Virus record (IMG/VR): IMGVR_UViG_3300032087_005153
Location: 1 to 63,908 of that record
Reading direction: 5' to 3' (one strand)
DNA length: 63,908 nt
Source: a virus
Lineage: Duplodnaviria; Caudoviricetes
Shown: positions 41,001 to 49,732 of the stretch, piece after piece
Numbering within the stretch: position 1 is the stretch's first letter
How the letters are laid out: the number at the start of each line of letters is the position of its first letter
Position numbers and translations under genes: made by a program
Notes under the pieces: generated by a model
The model's input: only the letters and a program-made list of their open reading frames with translations
Databases searched by the model: none
Told to the model about the DNA's origin: nothing

Positions 41001-44000
41001 ACTAGAAAAACAGCAATAGTTGAAGCAGTTGCAGAAGAAATTGCATTTGATGCTACAATGGAAATTTTGCAAAGTCCTGATGTAATAAATAAATATCAAG
41101 ACATAGCTGGTATAACAGGTGAAGTATTACCTGAAAACTTTAAAGCTATTATAGCTAAACAAATAGATAGAGCTGAAGACTTTAAATTTTCTAAAAGTTT
41201 GCCCAATATAGCTAAAGAAGAATATAATTTAGAACAACAAGAATTAGCTAAGATACTAGATAAAAATAATTTAAATAGTTTATCTAATAAATATTCTTTA
41301 TTATCTGATAATATAATTTATGAAGCAGATCCTGCTAATATTAGATTTAGTTTAACAACTAAAGCAGATGGCAAATGGACGGCAGATCAATTAAACCCGC
41401 TTGATGAGAGCAGAGGAATATATAAATTTAAAGTAGGTGAAATAGATTATGAAATAAACGCATTTAAAGATCCTTTAAATTATAATTACGACATATTTGA
41501 GCAAACAGAAGGCATTGAAGATGGAGCCATTAATAATGATCCAAAATCATGGGGTATGACTTTTGCGTCCGCAACTACGCAAAGGGTTAATATAACAGGA
41601 TATGCATTAAAAGGCCTTACTAATCAGTTTAAAGTATTGGGGACTGTAGCTAATGCTACTATAGATTTAATTAAAAAAGAAAAATTAAATTCTATAACAT
41701 TTACTGCTAAAGAAGAAAGTAGAAAAAGATTATATAGATCTTTAAATCAAAAGTTTGCTAATGAATTAGGATGGAAAACATATGATTATCAAGCCACCGT
41801 ACCAGATGGTTCAGAAACAATATTTATAGCTTATAACCCTAAAGCTTTTAATGTTGAGCCACAAATTACAACACCTCCCCCAATAAGATTTTCAAATTCA
41901 AATTCAAAATTTAATGTTACTGCCAAAAAATTATTAACTCCTCAGGGATGGGCGGAATGGAGTAATGCTAATTATGAAGGGGCAAAGGTTTTACAAGATA
42001 AAATTGGTAATATTAAAACTAAATTAGGATCTCAAAGACCATCTTATATAATAAGTGAAAAAAGAATTAAAGGCTTTGATAAATTAACAAATAAAGAAAA
42101 ACAAATATTAAGAGAAAAAATAAATAACCTTAAAGAATCAATAATAGCTTATGAAGCAAAAACTGATTTTAATATATTAAAGCCCAAAGAGTCATTTGGA
42201 AATCCAGCTAAAAAATTCGGGCGTAATGCTACGGAAATTTTTAATAATATAAAAAACGGCAATATATTTAAATTACAAAATACATATTCAAGAATATATG
42301 ATAATATGTGGGAAAAATATTATGATATATTAGAAGAAGACTCTAATATGTTTGATTTTCTTGAATCAACTTTGCAAACTTCTAATGATGATGTTTCTCA
42401 TTGGCATAGATTAGGCGCTACATTTTTAGGTTTTGATCCTACTGCTTTAGAAGATTTTTTAACAGATAAAAATGGAAATAAAATATTAAAAACTATTTAT
42501 ACAAAACAAGGCAAAAAACAAATTCCAATAGTAAGAACTTTTGAATATGAGCATGCTGTACAAAATCATATTCAATGGAAAAGAGTATTAGATGCCGCTA
42601 AGCGCTTTGCTAAAAATAAAAATAAAAAAGGTTTTTTAGATTATCTTAAAAAGTCTAAAGAAAATTATGTTTTAATAGCAATGTCTATTACTGACTCCAA
42701 AAAAATTAATGAAGCAGGCTATGCCCATGTAATGCCAAAAAATTGGAAAAAATGGGTTGATAGGTATATTGCTTCTAATATTGATTTAAATAAAATAGTA
42801 TATATAAATTATTCAAATAATAATGCCACTATTGATGGTAATATTGCTTCTAATTTTGTAACAAGAGAATCTAAATCATTAAATAGAGATTTTAATAAAA
42901 TATTAGAGCAGTCAACAGGTATAGATTGGAAAACACGTTTTTCACCTGTTCAAGCTCGTATAATGGGTAAAGGTAAAGGTAAAAAGTTTTTTATACCTTA
43001 TTCTGCCGATGATTTTGTTGGATTATTATACACAACTTTAGCTGATAAAAAAGTTGGTGAACAGCAAATGGAATGGTATAAAGAAAACTTACTTAGACCA
43101 TTTTCTCGCGGTATTCAACAATATGAAGCTGCAAAACAAAAAGCTTTACGCGAATGGCAAATCCTTAAAAAAGAAGCTAAAAAAGATGTGCCTGGTGGTT
43201 TGGATAAAAAGAATGCTACTGGACTTACTAATCAAGATGCTGTTAGGTTATATATATGGAGAACACAAGGTATGGAAATACCAGGTGTAAAAGGCGGTGC
43301 AGCATTTGTAAATGAAAATTTAAAAATAGTTAGAAAAAATCCTGAACTAAAAGCATTTGCCGAAAGACTAATGGCTTTAAACCCAGAAGGTTATCCAGAG
43401 CCGGCTACGAATTGGGATTCAGGTGACATTACTACAGACATTGTATCATATATAAACAATGTTAAACGTAGTGAATTTTTAACTGAATGGAAAGAAAATG
43501 TTGATGAAATATTTTCTGATCAAAACAAAGAAAAGCTAAGAGCTTTATATGGAGATAATTATATTGAAGCATTAGAAGATATACTTTATAGAATGCGTAC
43601 GGGTACAAACCGTAAGTTTGGTATAAGTAAAGTTGAAAGACAATTTATGGATTGGACTAATAATTCTGTTGGTGCAATAATGTTCTTTAATGCTAGATCT
43701 GCAGTACTTCAAACATTATCGGCTGTTAACTTTATAAACTTTACAGATAATAATCCAATCAATGCTGGTGTTGCATTTTTCAATCAAAAACAATATTGGA
43801 ATGATTTTTCTGAATTATTTAATTCTGACTTTTTAAAGCAAAGAAGATCTGGATTACAAACCGATGTTAACGCTGATGAAATTGCTAGAGCGGCTAAAGG
43901 CGCTAAAAATACAGCAAGGGCAGTATTAAGTGCTTTATTAAAATTTGGATTTACACCAACGCAAATAGCTGATTCATTTGCAATTGCATCTGGTGGAGCA

Positions 44001-44909
44001 ACATTCTATCGCAATAGAATAAAAACATATTTAAAAGAAGGGATGTCAGAACAAGATGCTAAAGCTAAAGCATTTACTGATTTTCAAGAAATTGCAGAAG
44101 AAACACAGCAGTCTGCACGACCTGATCGTATATCATTACAACAAGCAAGCTCACTAGGACGTCTTATATTAGCTTTTGGTAACACACCTATGCAATATGC
44201 CCGCTTAACTAAAAAAGCCACATTAGATTTAATTAATGGGCGCGGAGATTGGAAGACAAATATGAGTAAGATTATGTATTATAGTGTAATACAGAATATT
44301 ATATTCTCTGCTTTACAGCAAGGATTATTTGCTTTATTATTTGATGATGAAGATGATGATAAACAAAAATCAAGATTATTTAGAATAGGTAATAGTAGTT
44401 TAGATACTTTATTACGCGGGGTTGGTGTTTACGGGGCAGCGGCGGCTACTTTAAAAAATATGGTCCTTGAAATTATAGATCAACAAAAATCTGGTAGACC
44501 TGATTATAGTAAAATAGCTATTGAAGCAACAGCAATATCACCTCCGATAAATTCTAAATTAAGAAAACTTGAATCTGCCGGTAAAACTTTTACGTATAAG
44601 CAATCAAAAGAAAAAGTATTTACTGAAGGATTTAGTTTAGAAAATCCTGCATTTTTAGCCGGTGGTAAAGTTATATCAGCTTTAACAAATTTACCTGCTG
44701 ATCGTGTTGTACAAAAAGCAGATCATATTTATACAGCAATGCAACCTGAAACAGAATTATGGCAATCAATTGCATTATCACTCGGGTGGAGTGAATGGGA
44801 TCTTAATATGATTGAAAACAAAACTCCTCAAAAAAATTTAACTACAAAGCAGTTACAAAATTTAATGAAAAGAAATAACAATCTTAAAAAATTAATGAAA
44901 AGGAAATGA
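38001..44909 (+). CDS. Giant polyvalent ejection protein with zincin and sigma-region-2-like domains
   Basis: 2302 aa; Gly-rich hydrophobic segments, HELLH at 39759-39773, sigma-like segment about 40263-40480. Confidence 0.65.
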   Translation: MFELDGNQYTLEQVQAAAYKSGMMFDDYVQKYKFKELGKTTPTSPGADVEETAAPELTVTESPSVDISLESPQTGTTDSTLITPPRKKTPSELRIDATRKSMAMANPIASIMPDFMIPVLADWTAMTTELGAGVVDTAEILYELGLSGISNETFDRISREQRIDMSEVYEGVDALRNIREKKYDEQGNELDAIGLWQAGRKSESAQQFISEAIGSLPSTVLSYIIPGGGSAIIGIGTFGSEFERNLKERPEETGMAMLKNAFIKGSAEAVFELLGGKTFKTLTKAASKGMTEKAVKEMTRTGIPYALRKILGITGQAAIEAGTEALTGVTQLAADEMFFDDEIEAAQYWRTIIHSGVVGGLMGGGITAGTVGTQVALTGDRKKAAMAIIAPKEWRAEQKEISRNIDRAARDYQNAPDNKKAYFKNKIEVLEQRLNGRAERLAKVWDGLTRAEKIEYARLVDETNSQLDIIGNAKYTNQAQKEAQILLDGAYSEMQAILGKDNINIEDEQALSRIIKSGVSIAEAVGVAKKVLKNINIQNISNEVFQQVSKAVTGKKSASDAIFFDGNNIFINKDISAATEQTNVLGHELLHYVMAKRFNVSDESLGPLVNSFKDYLKQTQPEILERIEQRLEKAYEGEAPLEEYLNLFSDIIAREKIIVDESITDKIKNSATRLLNSFGFGSVKLETGKDVFDFLRNYTKNVNNLKFKQLGIDITSDKIGKAIQKDVRESKSVASEKVQEIYEAQGAANAMDIIDEFRPITNKIVNRYKDVPGFEFQLLRDEIETGKRGILDMIMSYTPEKAKGAPLAGFINKFLPARAIEAANRILNTEFTLDVTEAKGITDTATEETIEAADEAKIADEIKSLRKEIGLPEELVNAVKNAVIKTFGTKLPNPQDPKFRLELQRRFRIELKKPLAKFVGKQADYESFLRNNFQSIYNKLPQSLINRRFKDFQEPVLDKNGKHVREKTAEGNKVYTKKKITPAEWVKYFLGTDVGRSTQGTRKTAIVEAVAEEIAFDATMEILQSPDVINKYQDIAGITGEVLPENFKAIIAKQIDRAEDFKFSKSLPNIAKEEYNLEQQELAKILDKNNLNSLSNKYSLLSDNIIYEADPANIRFSLTTKADGKWTADQLNPLDESRGIYKFKVGEIDYEINAFKDPLNYNYDIFEQTEGIEDGAINNDPKSWGMTFASATTQRVNITGYALKGLTNQFKVLGTVANATIDLIKKEKLNSITFTAKEESRKRLYRSLNQKFANELGWKTYDYQATVPDGSETIFIAYNPKAFNVEPQITTPPPIRFSNSNSKFNVTAKKLLTPQGWAEWSNANYEGAKVLQDKIGNIKTKLGSQRPSYIISEKRIKGFDKLTNKEKQILREKINNLKESIIAYEAKTDFNILKPKESFGNPAKKFGRNATEIFNNIKNGNIFKLQNTYSRIYDNMWEKYYDILEEDSNMFDFLESTLQTSNDDVSHWHRLGATFLGFDPTALEDFLTDKNGNKILKTIYTKQGKKQIPIVRTFEYEHAVQNHIQWKRVLDAAKRFAKNKNKKGFLDYLKKSKENYVLIAMSITDSKKINEAGYAHVMPKNWKKWVDRYIASNIDLNKIVYINYSNNNATIDGNIASNFVTRESKSLNRDFNKILEQSTGIDWKTRFSPVQARIMGKGKGKKFFIPYSADDFVGLLYTTLADKKVGEQQMEWYKENLLRPFSRGIQQYEAAKQKALREWQILKKEAKKDVPGGLDKKNATGLTNQDAVRLYIWRTQGMEIPGVKGGAAFVNENLKIVRKNPELKAFAERLMALNPEGYPEPATNWDSGDITTDIVSYINNVKRSEFLTEWKENVDEIFSDQNKEKLRALYGDNYIEALEDILYRMRTGTNRKFGISKVERQFMDWTNNSVGAIMFFNARSAVLQTLSAVNFINFTDNNPINAGVAFFNQKQYWNDFSELFNSDFLKQRRSGLQTDVNADEIARAAKGAKNTARAVLSALLKFGFTPTQIADSFAIASGGATFYRNRIKTYLKEGMSEQDAKAKAFTDFQEIAEETQQSARPDRISLQQASSLGRLILAFGNTPMQYARLTKKATLDLINGRGDWKTNMSKIMYYSVIQNIIFSALQQGLFALLFDDEDDDKQKSRLFRIGNSSLDTLLRGVGVYGAAAATLKNMVLEIIDQQKSGRPDYSKIAIEATAISPPINSKLRKLESAGKTFTYKQSKEKVFTEGFSLENPAFLAGGKVISALTNLPADRVVQKADHIYTAMQPETELWQSIALSLGWSEWDLNMIENKTPQKNLTTKQLQNLMKRNNNLKKLMKRK

Positions 44910-45055
44910 AACCTATAACAAGTAAAACATCAACACCTTTAAAACTTAAGGATGCATGTTACAGAAAAGCAAAAGCTAAATATAGAGTATTTCCATCAGC
45001 TTATGCATCGGGTTATATTGCAAAATGTAGAAAAAGAAAAGGTAATATAAGATAA
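44906..45055 (+). CDS. 49-aa basic peptide (not in ORF track)
   Basis: MKPITSKTSTPLKLKDACYRKAKAKYRVFPSAYASGYIAKCRK...; ATGA and TAATG overlaps on both sides. Confidence 0.75.
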   Translation: MKPITSKTSTPLKLKDACYRKAKAKYRVFPSAYASGYIAKCRKRKGNIR

Positions 45056-45342
45056 TGGCTGTACGTAAAACCGAAAAAGGAGCGTCACTTAAACGTTGGT
45101 TTAAAGAAGAATGGACAGATGTACGTACAGGTAAACCATGCGGTAGAAGTAAAGGTGAAGATCGTGGAGTGCCATATTGCAGACCCAAAAAAAGAATATC
45201 AAGTAAAACACCTAAGACTGCTAGTGAAATGACAGCTGCAGAAAAAAGAAGTAAAATAAGAGAAAAAACAAATTTAGGGCAGCCACCTGGCAAACCAAAA
45301 AGAGTTAGCCCACTAACAATGAAAGCATCTTGCAAATACTAA
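45055..45342 (+). CDS. Basic Cys-containing hypothetical protein
   Basis: LKRWFKEEW.DV.TGKPCGR...PYCRP. Confidence 0.7.
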   Translation: MAVRKTEKGASLKRWFKEEWTDVRTGKPCGRSKGEDRGVPYCRPKKRISSKTPKTASEMTAAEKRSKIREKTNLGQPPGKPKRVSPLTMKASCKY

Positions 45343-45343
45343 A

Positions 45344-45499
45344 ATGGTTGAAGATTTGAAAATATATGGAATAAGTATCTCGGCATTAACCGGAGGAATG
45401 ATTAGTGAAATTAATCCAATTTTATCTACTTTAGTTTTAACAGCAACACTCGTATATACTCTTATACAGATAACAGAAAAACTAAAAAAGAAAAAATAA
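45344..45499 (+). CDS. Small membrane protein, holin-like (not in ORF track)
   Basis: 51 aa, hydrophobic segments, KLKKKK tail. Confidence 0.5.
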   Translation: MVEDLKIYGISISALTGGMISEINPILSTLVLTATLVYTLIQITEKLKKKK

Positions 45500-45502
45500 A
45501 TT

Positions 45503-45922
45503 ATGGCATTACCTAAGAACGGCGTTGCGCGCGAAATAAGACATTATGTAGGAAGTTTATTTATATTTTTATTTGTTATAGGAATTATTGTAGCACTTAT
45601 ACAATTTCCTGTATTAGATACAAATAAAGAAGTGGTTATGATGCTTATTGGTACAATCAGTGCAAGTATTGGTCTTGTAGTGAGTACCATTACTGGAGCT
45701 AAACCAGATGATATAAATGCACTTAAAAATGAAGTCGAAAAGAAAAATAACCAAATTGATATGCTTGTAAAAGCAAAAGACAATTTAGAAGCTATGGTTA
45801 TTAATCTTCAAAAACAAATGCTAGACAATCAAGATAATGTTATGGATAAGATTATTTTGAAAGCGGCTCTTGAACATGATGATCGATACATGGCTAAAAA
45901 AGCTATGGAAAATAAAAAGTAA
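45503..45922 (+). CDS. Two-TM coiled-coil membrane protein
   Basis: Two hydrophobic helices followed by coiled coil. Confidence 0.6.
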   Translation: MALPKNGVAREIRHYVGSLFIFLFVIGIIVALIQFPVLDTNKEVVMMLIGTISASIGLVVSTITGAKPDDINALKNEVEKKNNQIDMLVKAKDNLEAMVINLQKQMLDNQDNVMDKIILKAALEHDDRYMAKKAMENKK

Positions 45923-45924
45923 AT

Positions 45925-45958
45925 AAAAAGGGGATTGCCAAAAGCTTTCCCCTTAATT
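45925..45958. terminator. Terminator between the convergent genome arms
   Basis: AAAAAGGGGA...TCCCCTT stem between + and - gene blocks. Confidence 0.65.
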
Positions 45959-45959
45959 A

Positions 45960-47702
45960 TTACCCATCACAACTAATACAATCAGGGTCCATTGCCTTGG
46001 CTGCAATATCGCCACGCAATACTGATTCCGTTCTCATATAGTATAGTGTTTTAATACCACGCTTCCATGCCTCTAAGTGAACTTTGTTTATCCACTTAGG
46101 ATCTGCAACAGAAGGAAACGCAAGGTTTAAACTCACTGCTTGATCTATATAATCTTGACGTATACCAGCTTGACTAACTAATTCTAGTTGATTGATTTCT
46201 TTAAAAGTTTTAAATACATTTTTTACAGGCTCACCTTCTTCTTGATTTAATCTTCCAAGGTGGTCGTAAAACCATCCATCGAGTTCCTTAATTCCTTGAA
46301 TGGATCCACCATCTTCCAAAACTTTATCCCAAGTTTCTTTAGTTTCAATACCAACTTTTCTAAATACTTTTTTAAGTTCATTATTTTTTCTAATAAATGT
46401 TCCTTTAGCACTTTGTTCTGTAAATACGTTAGCAGCCCAAGGTTCAATTCCAGGAGATACGTTACCACTAAGCTTACTATTAGAGACTGTAGGGGCCACA
46501 GCCCGAAGATGAGTGTTGCGCATGCCAGTACCCGCACACCATAAGGGCTCCCCATATACCTCTGCAAGTTTTCGCGATGCTCTTTCAGACTCAATCTTAA
46601 TTTTGCTAAAAATTTCACGTGTTTTAAATTGTGCTAATAATCCTTCGAAAGCAATACCATTTTGTTGTAATAAAGTATGCCAGCCTAATACACCTAAACC
46701 TAATGCTCTGCCTTTTTCAGCTGATCTAACAGCATTATCAAAGCCTCGCATATTTTTTGCTTTTTGTATAAACTCCTCCAATACTCCATCTAAAAACCAA
46801 ATAGCATCATATACTAAATTAGTATTTTTCCATTCATTATATTTAGCTAAATTTAATGAAGATAAACAACAAACAAAACTATGCGATTCATCCGTATGCA
46901 ATGTAATTTCACTGCATATATTTGTCATATGAACTTTGAGCCCATTTGATTTGTATGCATCTGGGTTTGCTTTGTTTGTATTTCCCTTAAATAAAATATA
47001 AGGTTCTCCAGTTGCTTTACGTTTTTGTAATAGTTTTCCCCATTTACGTCTAGCATCCGTATCTCCTTGTTCAAGTCTTCGCATAAACTTGTCACCGACC
47101 ACAACGCACTGGTGTAAATTAAGGGACTGCCTGTTGACATCTCCTTTGGGTTCTCTGATCTCCAGCCATTCTTCAAAGTCGGCATGATCAATATTGATAT
47201 TAACTGACGCAGCTCCTCTGCGGACAGATCCTTGATTAGTGGCAAGTATTGTTGAATCGTATATCTTGCAAAATGGCACCACTCCATCAGATGTTCCATT
47301 ACCTGTAATTTTAGATCCAGCGGGTCTGATCATATTAACTCCAATACCAACACCGCCGCCATGCTTGGCTAAGAGCATCATTTCTAAATTCTTTTGTCCT
47401 ATATCATGAATACTATCGCCAACATCAATACCAAAACAACTAATAGGTAAACCTCTATCTGTACCTGTATTAGAAAGCACTGGTGAGGCTAAACATAGCC
47501 AACCATCCCAAATATACTGGAAAAACTTTTCTGCAAGTTCTGGCTTGTATAAACGCTTTGCAACTGCATTAGCTACACGCCAATATGCATCTTTAGGTGT
47601 TTCATATGGTAATAAATAACCGCCTGATATAGTTTTCTTATATACATCAGTATCACCCCAAGAAGGATAGTCTTCACCTTTTTTCCAGTCGTTATTCCAC
47701 AT
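45960..47702 (-). CDS. nrdA: Ribonucleotide reductase class I alpha subunit
   Basis: PISCF, NICSEI, APTVS, TLYY, C-terminal CISC; short form, apparently without ATP cone. Confidence 0.95.
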   Translation of the reverse strand: MWNNDWKKGEDYPSWGDTDVYKKTISGGYLLPYETPKDAYWRVANAVAKRLYKPELAEKFFQYIWDGWLCLASPVLSNTGTDRGLPISCFGIDVGDSIHDIGQKNLEMMLLAKHGGGVGIGVNMIRPAGSKITGNGTSDGVVPFCKIYDSTILATNQGSVRRGAASVNINIDHADFEEWLEIREPKGDVNRQSLNLHQCVVVGDKFMRRLEQGDTDARRKWGKLLQKRKATGEPYILFKGNTNKANPDAYKSNGLKVHMTNICSEITLHTDESHSFVCCLSSLNLAKYNEWKNTNLVYDAIWFLDGVLEEFIQKAKNMRGFDNAVRSAEKGRALGLGVLGWHTLLQQNGIAFEGLLAQFKTREIFSKIKIESERASRKLAEVYGEPLWCAGTGMRNTHLRAVAPTVSNSKLSGNVSPGIEPWAANVFTEQSAKGTFIRKNNELKKVFRKVGIETKETWDKVLEDGGSIQGIKELDGWFYDHLGRLNQEEGEPVKNVFKTFKEINQLELVSQAGIRQDYIDQAVSLNLAFPSVADPKWINKVHLEAWKRGIKTLYYMRTESVLRGDIAAKAMDPDCISCDG

Positions 47703-47898
47703 CTTTATTTTCTTTTTCTTTTTTAAGATCTTCTGTTAAAGCTTCTATTGCTTTATCATAATCAGGAAGTTTTTTTATCAGGCCCATCGTCCCAATAGAT
47801 AAATCTTTGAGATTGTGCATCTCTTGAGTTATTTGCTGTACTACGGAACCAAGGGTCTCTATCCTGTTCCACATCTCTATTAATTTGCTTTCTTTCAT
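47692..47898 (-). CDS. Hypothetical protein
   Basis: ORF overlapping neighbours in operon. Confidence 0.65.
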   Translation of the reverse strand: MKESKLIEMWNRIETLGSVVQQITQEMHNLKDLSIGTMGLIKKLPDYDKAIEALTEDLKKEKENKDVE

Positions 47899-48260
47899 TA
47901 TACATTATATAAATAAATTAAATATCCTATTGTTACATTTAAATTAACAGCTACTAAATTCCATTGCTTAGCAACCCATACTTGAGGCATTGATAATACA
48001 CCACCAATAACGTATGTTACACCGCCTATATAGCCATAATTAAGTAAGTATGGTGACATCATTATAAAAGCAGTTCCCATATAACCCAATCTATTAGCTA
48101 TTCTTTCAGTAGCTGATAATCTTCTATCTTGTACTAATGTACGTAAAAATCTTTGTTTAAATCTATATTCACATTTTTTACAAGTGCGTTTGCCATATCT
48201 AAATTTAGAGGTATCTTTTTCTTTATGACACTTATTACATTTTCTCATATTTTTCATCAT
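47898..48260 (-). CDS. Zn-finger plus membrane domain protein
   Basis: CNKC...CKKC followed by three hydrophobic segments. Confidence 0.55.
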   Translation of the reverse strand: MMKNMRKCNKCHKEKDTSKFRYGKRTCKKCEYRFKQRFLRTLVQDRRLSATERIANRLGYMGTAFIMMSPYLLNYGYIGGVTYVIGGVLSMPQVWVAKQWNLVAVNLNVTIGYLIYLYNV

Positions 48261-48367
48261 ATAATCCTAATTTTTCTGCGTGTCTTATCATTTTAATTAG
48301 GATTTTTGTTCTTCTGTTTGGTATTAACCAATTTAAAAATTTATTCCAATACCTTTTCATATTTTTT

Positions 48368-49336
48368 TTACCAAATATCTTCAAAATCTTCTCCCTCATT
48401 TGCTTTGGAATAATCAGTTGGGCGAATAGCAAAAAAATCAGTATGAGTGTGCCCCCCGGTAAGATGATAGAACCAGTCAAGATTTGCTGCTCCTTTTTCG
48501 TTAAACGTAAAGTATTGCCCGAGGTCCAAGTAACCAAGTTCTTGCAATTTTTCATTAAGTCTTTTTCTAATAAATTGTTTGAGATCGTTGGCTTTAAGGT
48601 TTTCAATATCTCCTTGTTCAAACATTTTGTCAATATATCGCTCTTCTGCGGTGAGCATTGTTTCTGCTGCTTTAATAACATCTTCTCTGCAATCTTCTAA
48701 TAGTGTTGGAATTTCTTCACACATATGTCTAAATAATTGACAACCCATTTTACTATGAAGTGATTCATCGCGTACACTCCATTTCATTTGTTGACCAATT
48801 CCTTTCAAAAGATTACGCATTTGAAAGCTATATAAAACAGCAAACGCAGAATATAAACTTACACCTTCTGCAAATGCACTAAATATTGCTAGCGAACGGC
48901 CAATCCCAACAGGATCATTACCACTATAGCTAATAAGATTCTCAAACCGTTCCGCAGTTGCGGGTTCATGTAAAAATGCTTCAAAATTTTCAAGTCCTAA
49001 TGTTTCATTTAAATAACTATATGCTACAGCATGAATGGTTTCTTGCGAACCAAACATCATAGCCATTTGCTGTATCTCATGTTTTGGAAACCACGACACA
49101 ACTTTTTGTGTCCAGTAATCAGAAACGGCACACTCCGTCTGCGCAAAACCCAATAAGATATTTCCAACCAAGTTCTTTTCTGATTCTGTAAGTTTTTCGT
49201 TCCAATCCTTGACGTCACCTGACATCGGGATTTCGGTATGTAACCAGAATGCTTGAGCTTGTTTAAGCCATCCCTCAGTATAGTACTCTGGATATTCGAA
49301 CGGCTTGTACGGTATTCTTTCATCAAATAATCCCAT
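48368..49336 (-). CDS. nrdB: Ribonucleotide reductase class I beta subunit
   Basis: FW..E, ETIHAVAY, AEGVSLY, RDESLH ferritin-like motifs. Confidence 0.95.
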   Translation of the reverse strand: MGLFDERIPYKPFEYPEYYTEGWLKQAQAFWLHTEIPMSGDVKDWNEKLTESEKNLVGNILLGFAQTECAVSDYWTQKVVSWFPKHEIQQMAMMFGSQETIHAVAYSYLNETLGLENFEAFLHEPATAERFENLISYSGNDPVGIGRSLAIFSAFAEGVSLYSAFAVLYSFQMRNLLKGIGQQMKWSVRDESLHSKMGCQLFRHMCEEIPTLLEDCREDVIKAAETMLTAEERYIDKMFEQGDIENLKANDLKQFIRKRLNEKLQELGYLDLGQYFTFNEKGAANLDWFYHLTGGHTHTDFFAIRPTDYSKANEGEDFEDIW

Positions 49337-49337
49337 A

Positions 49338-49481
49338 TTAATTTCTATCTACTTCTAAACATATATCTATTAATGGTAAATATAACACATGCTGAACATA
49401 ATCTTGCTCAACATAAGATCTAATTCCTAACAAAATGCCAGGATAAAAACCAATACTAAGTTCCCAGTTTGGTATATTCAT
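49338..49481 (-). CDS. 47-aa hypothetical protein (not in ORF track)
   Basis: MNIPNWELSIGFYPGILLGIRSY... Confidence 0.55.
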   Translation of the reverse strand: MNIPNWELSIGFYPGILLGIRSYVEQDYVQHVLYLPLIDICLEVDRN

Positions 49482-49612
49482 TTTCCTTGTCCTCTGTAAA
49501 GTTTAACATAATTTTTAGAAGACTTTAAGCCGGATGTTTTGCTTTTAGCATGTACTCCGGGTCTTCTTACTTTTGGTTTTTTTAAATAATTTCCACTTAT
49601 TATTTTAGCCAT
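49478..49612 (-). CDS. 44-aa basic peptide ending YRGQGK (not in ORF track)
   Basis: MAKIISGNYLKKPKVRRPGVHAKSKTSGLKSSKNYVKLYRGQGK. Confidence 0.65.
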   Translation of the reverse strand: MAKIISGNYLKKPKVRRPGVHAKSKTSGLKSSKNYVKLYRGQGK

Positions 49613-49732
49613 AACATTTTATATTATATTGTTCCTGTATCTCTACAAGTTCTTTGTATTTTATATATCCTCTATTATTAATAGACCACTTAATCCACTT
49701 TTCAATTTGGCGTTCAGCGTATTTTATGCGGG

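Noticed and set aside
38001-44909. crAss- or N4-type virion RNA polymerase
   Set aside because: No DFDxD/NADFDGD-type catalytic motif seen; the only DxDxD is in an acidic run near the C-terminus
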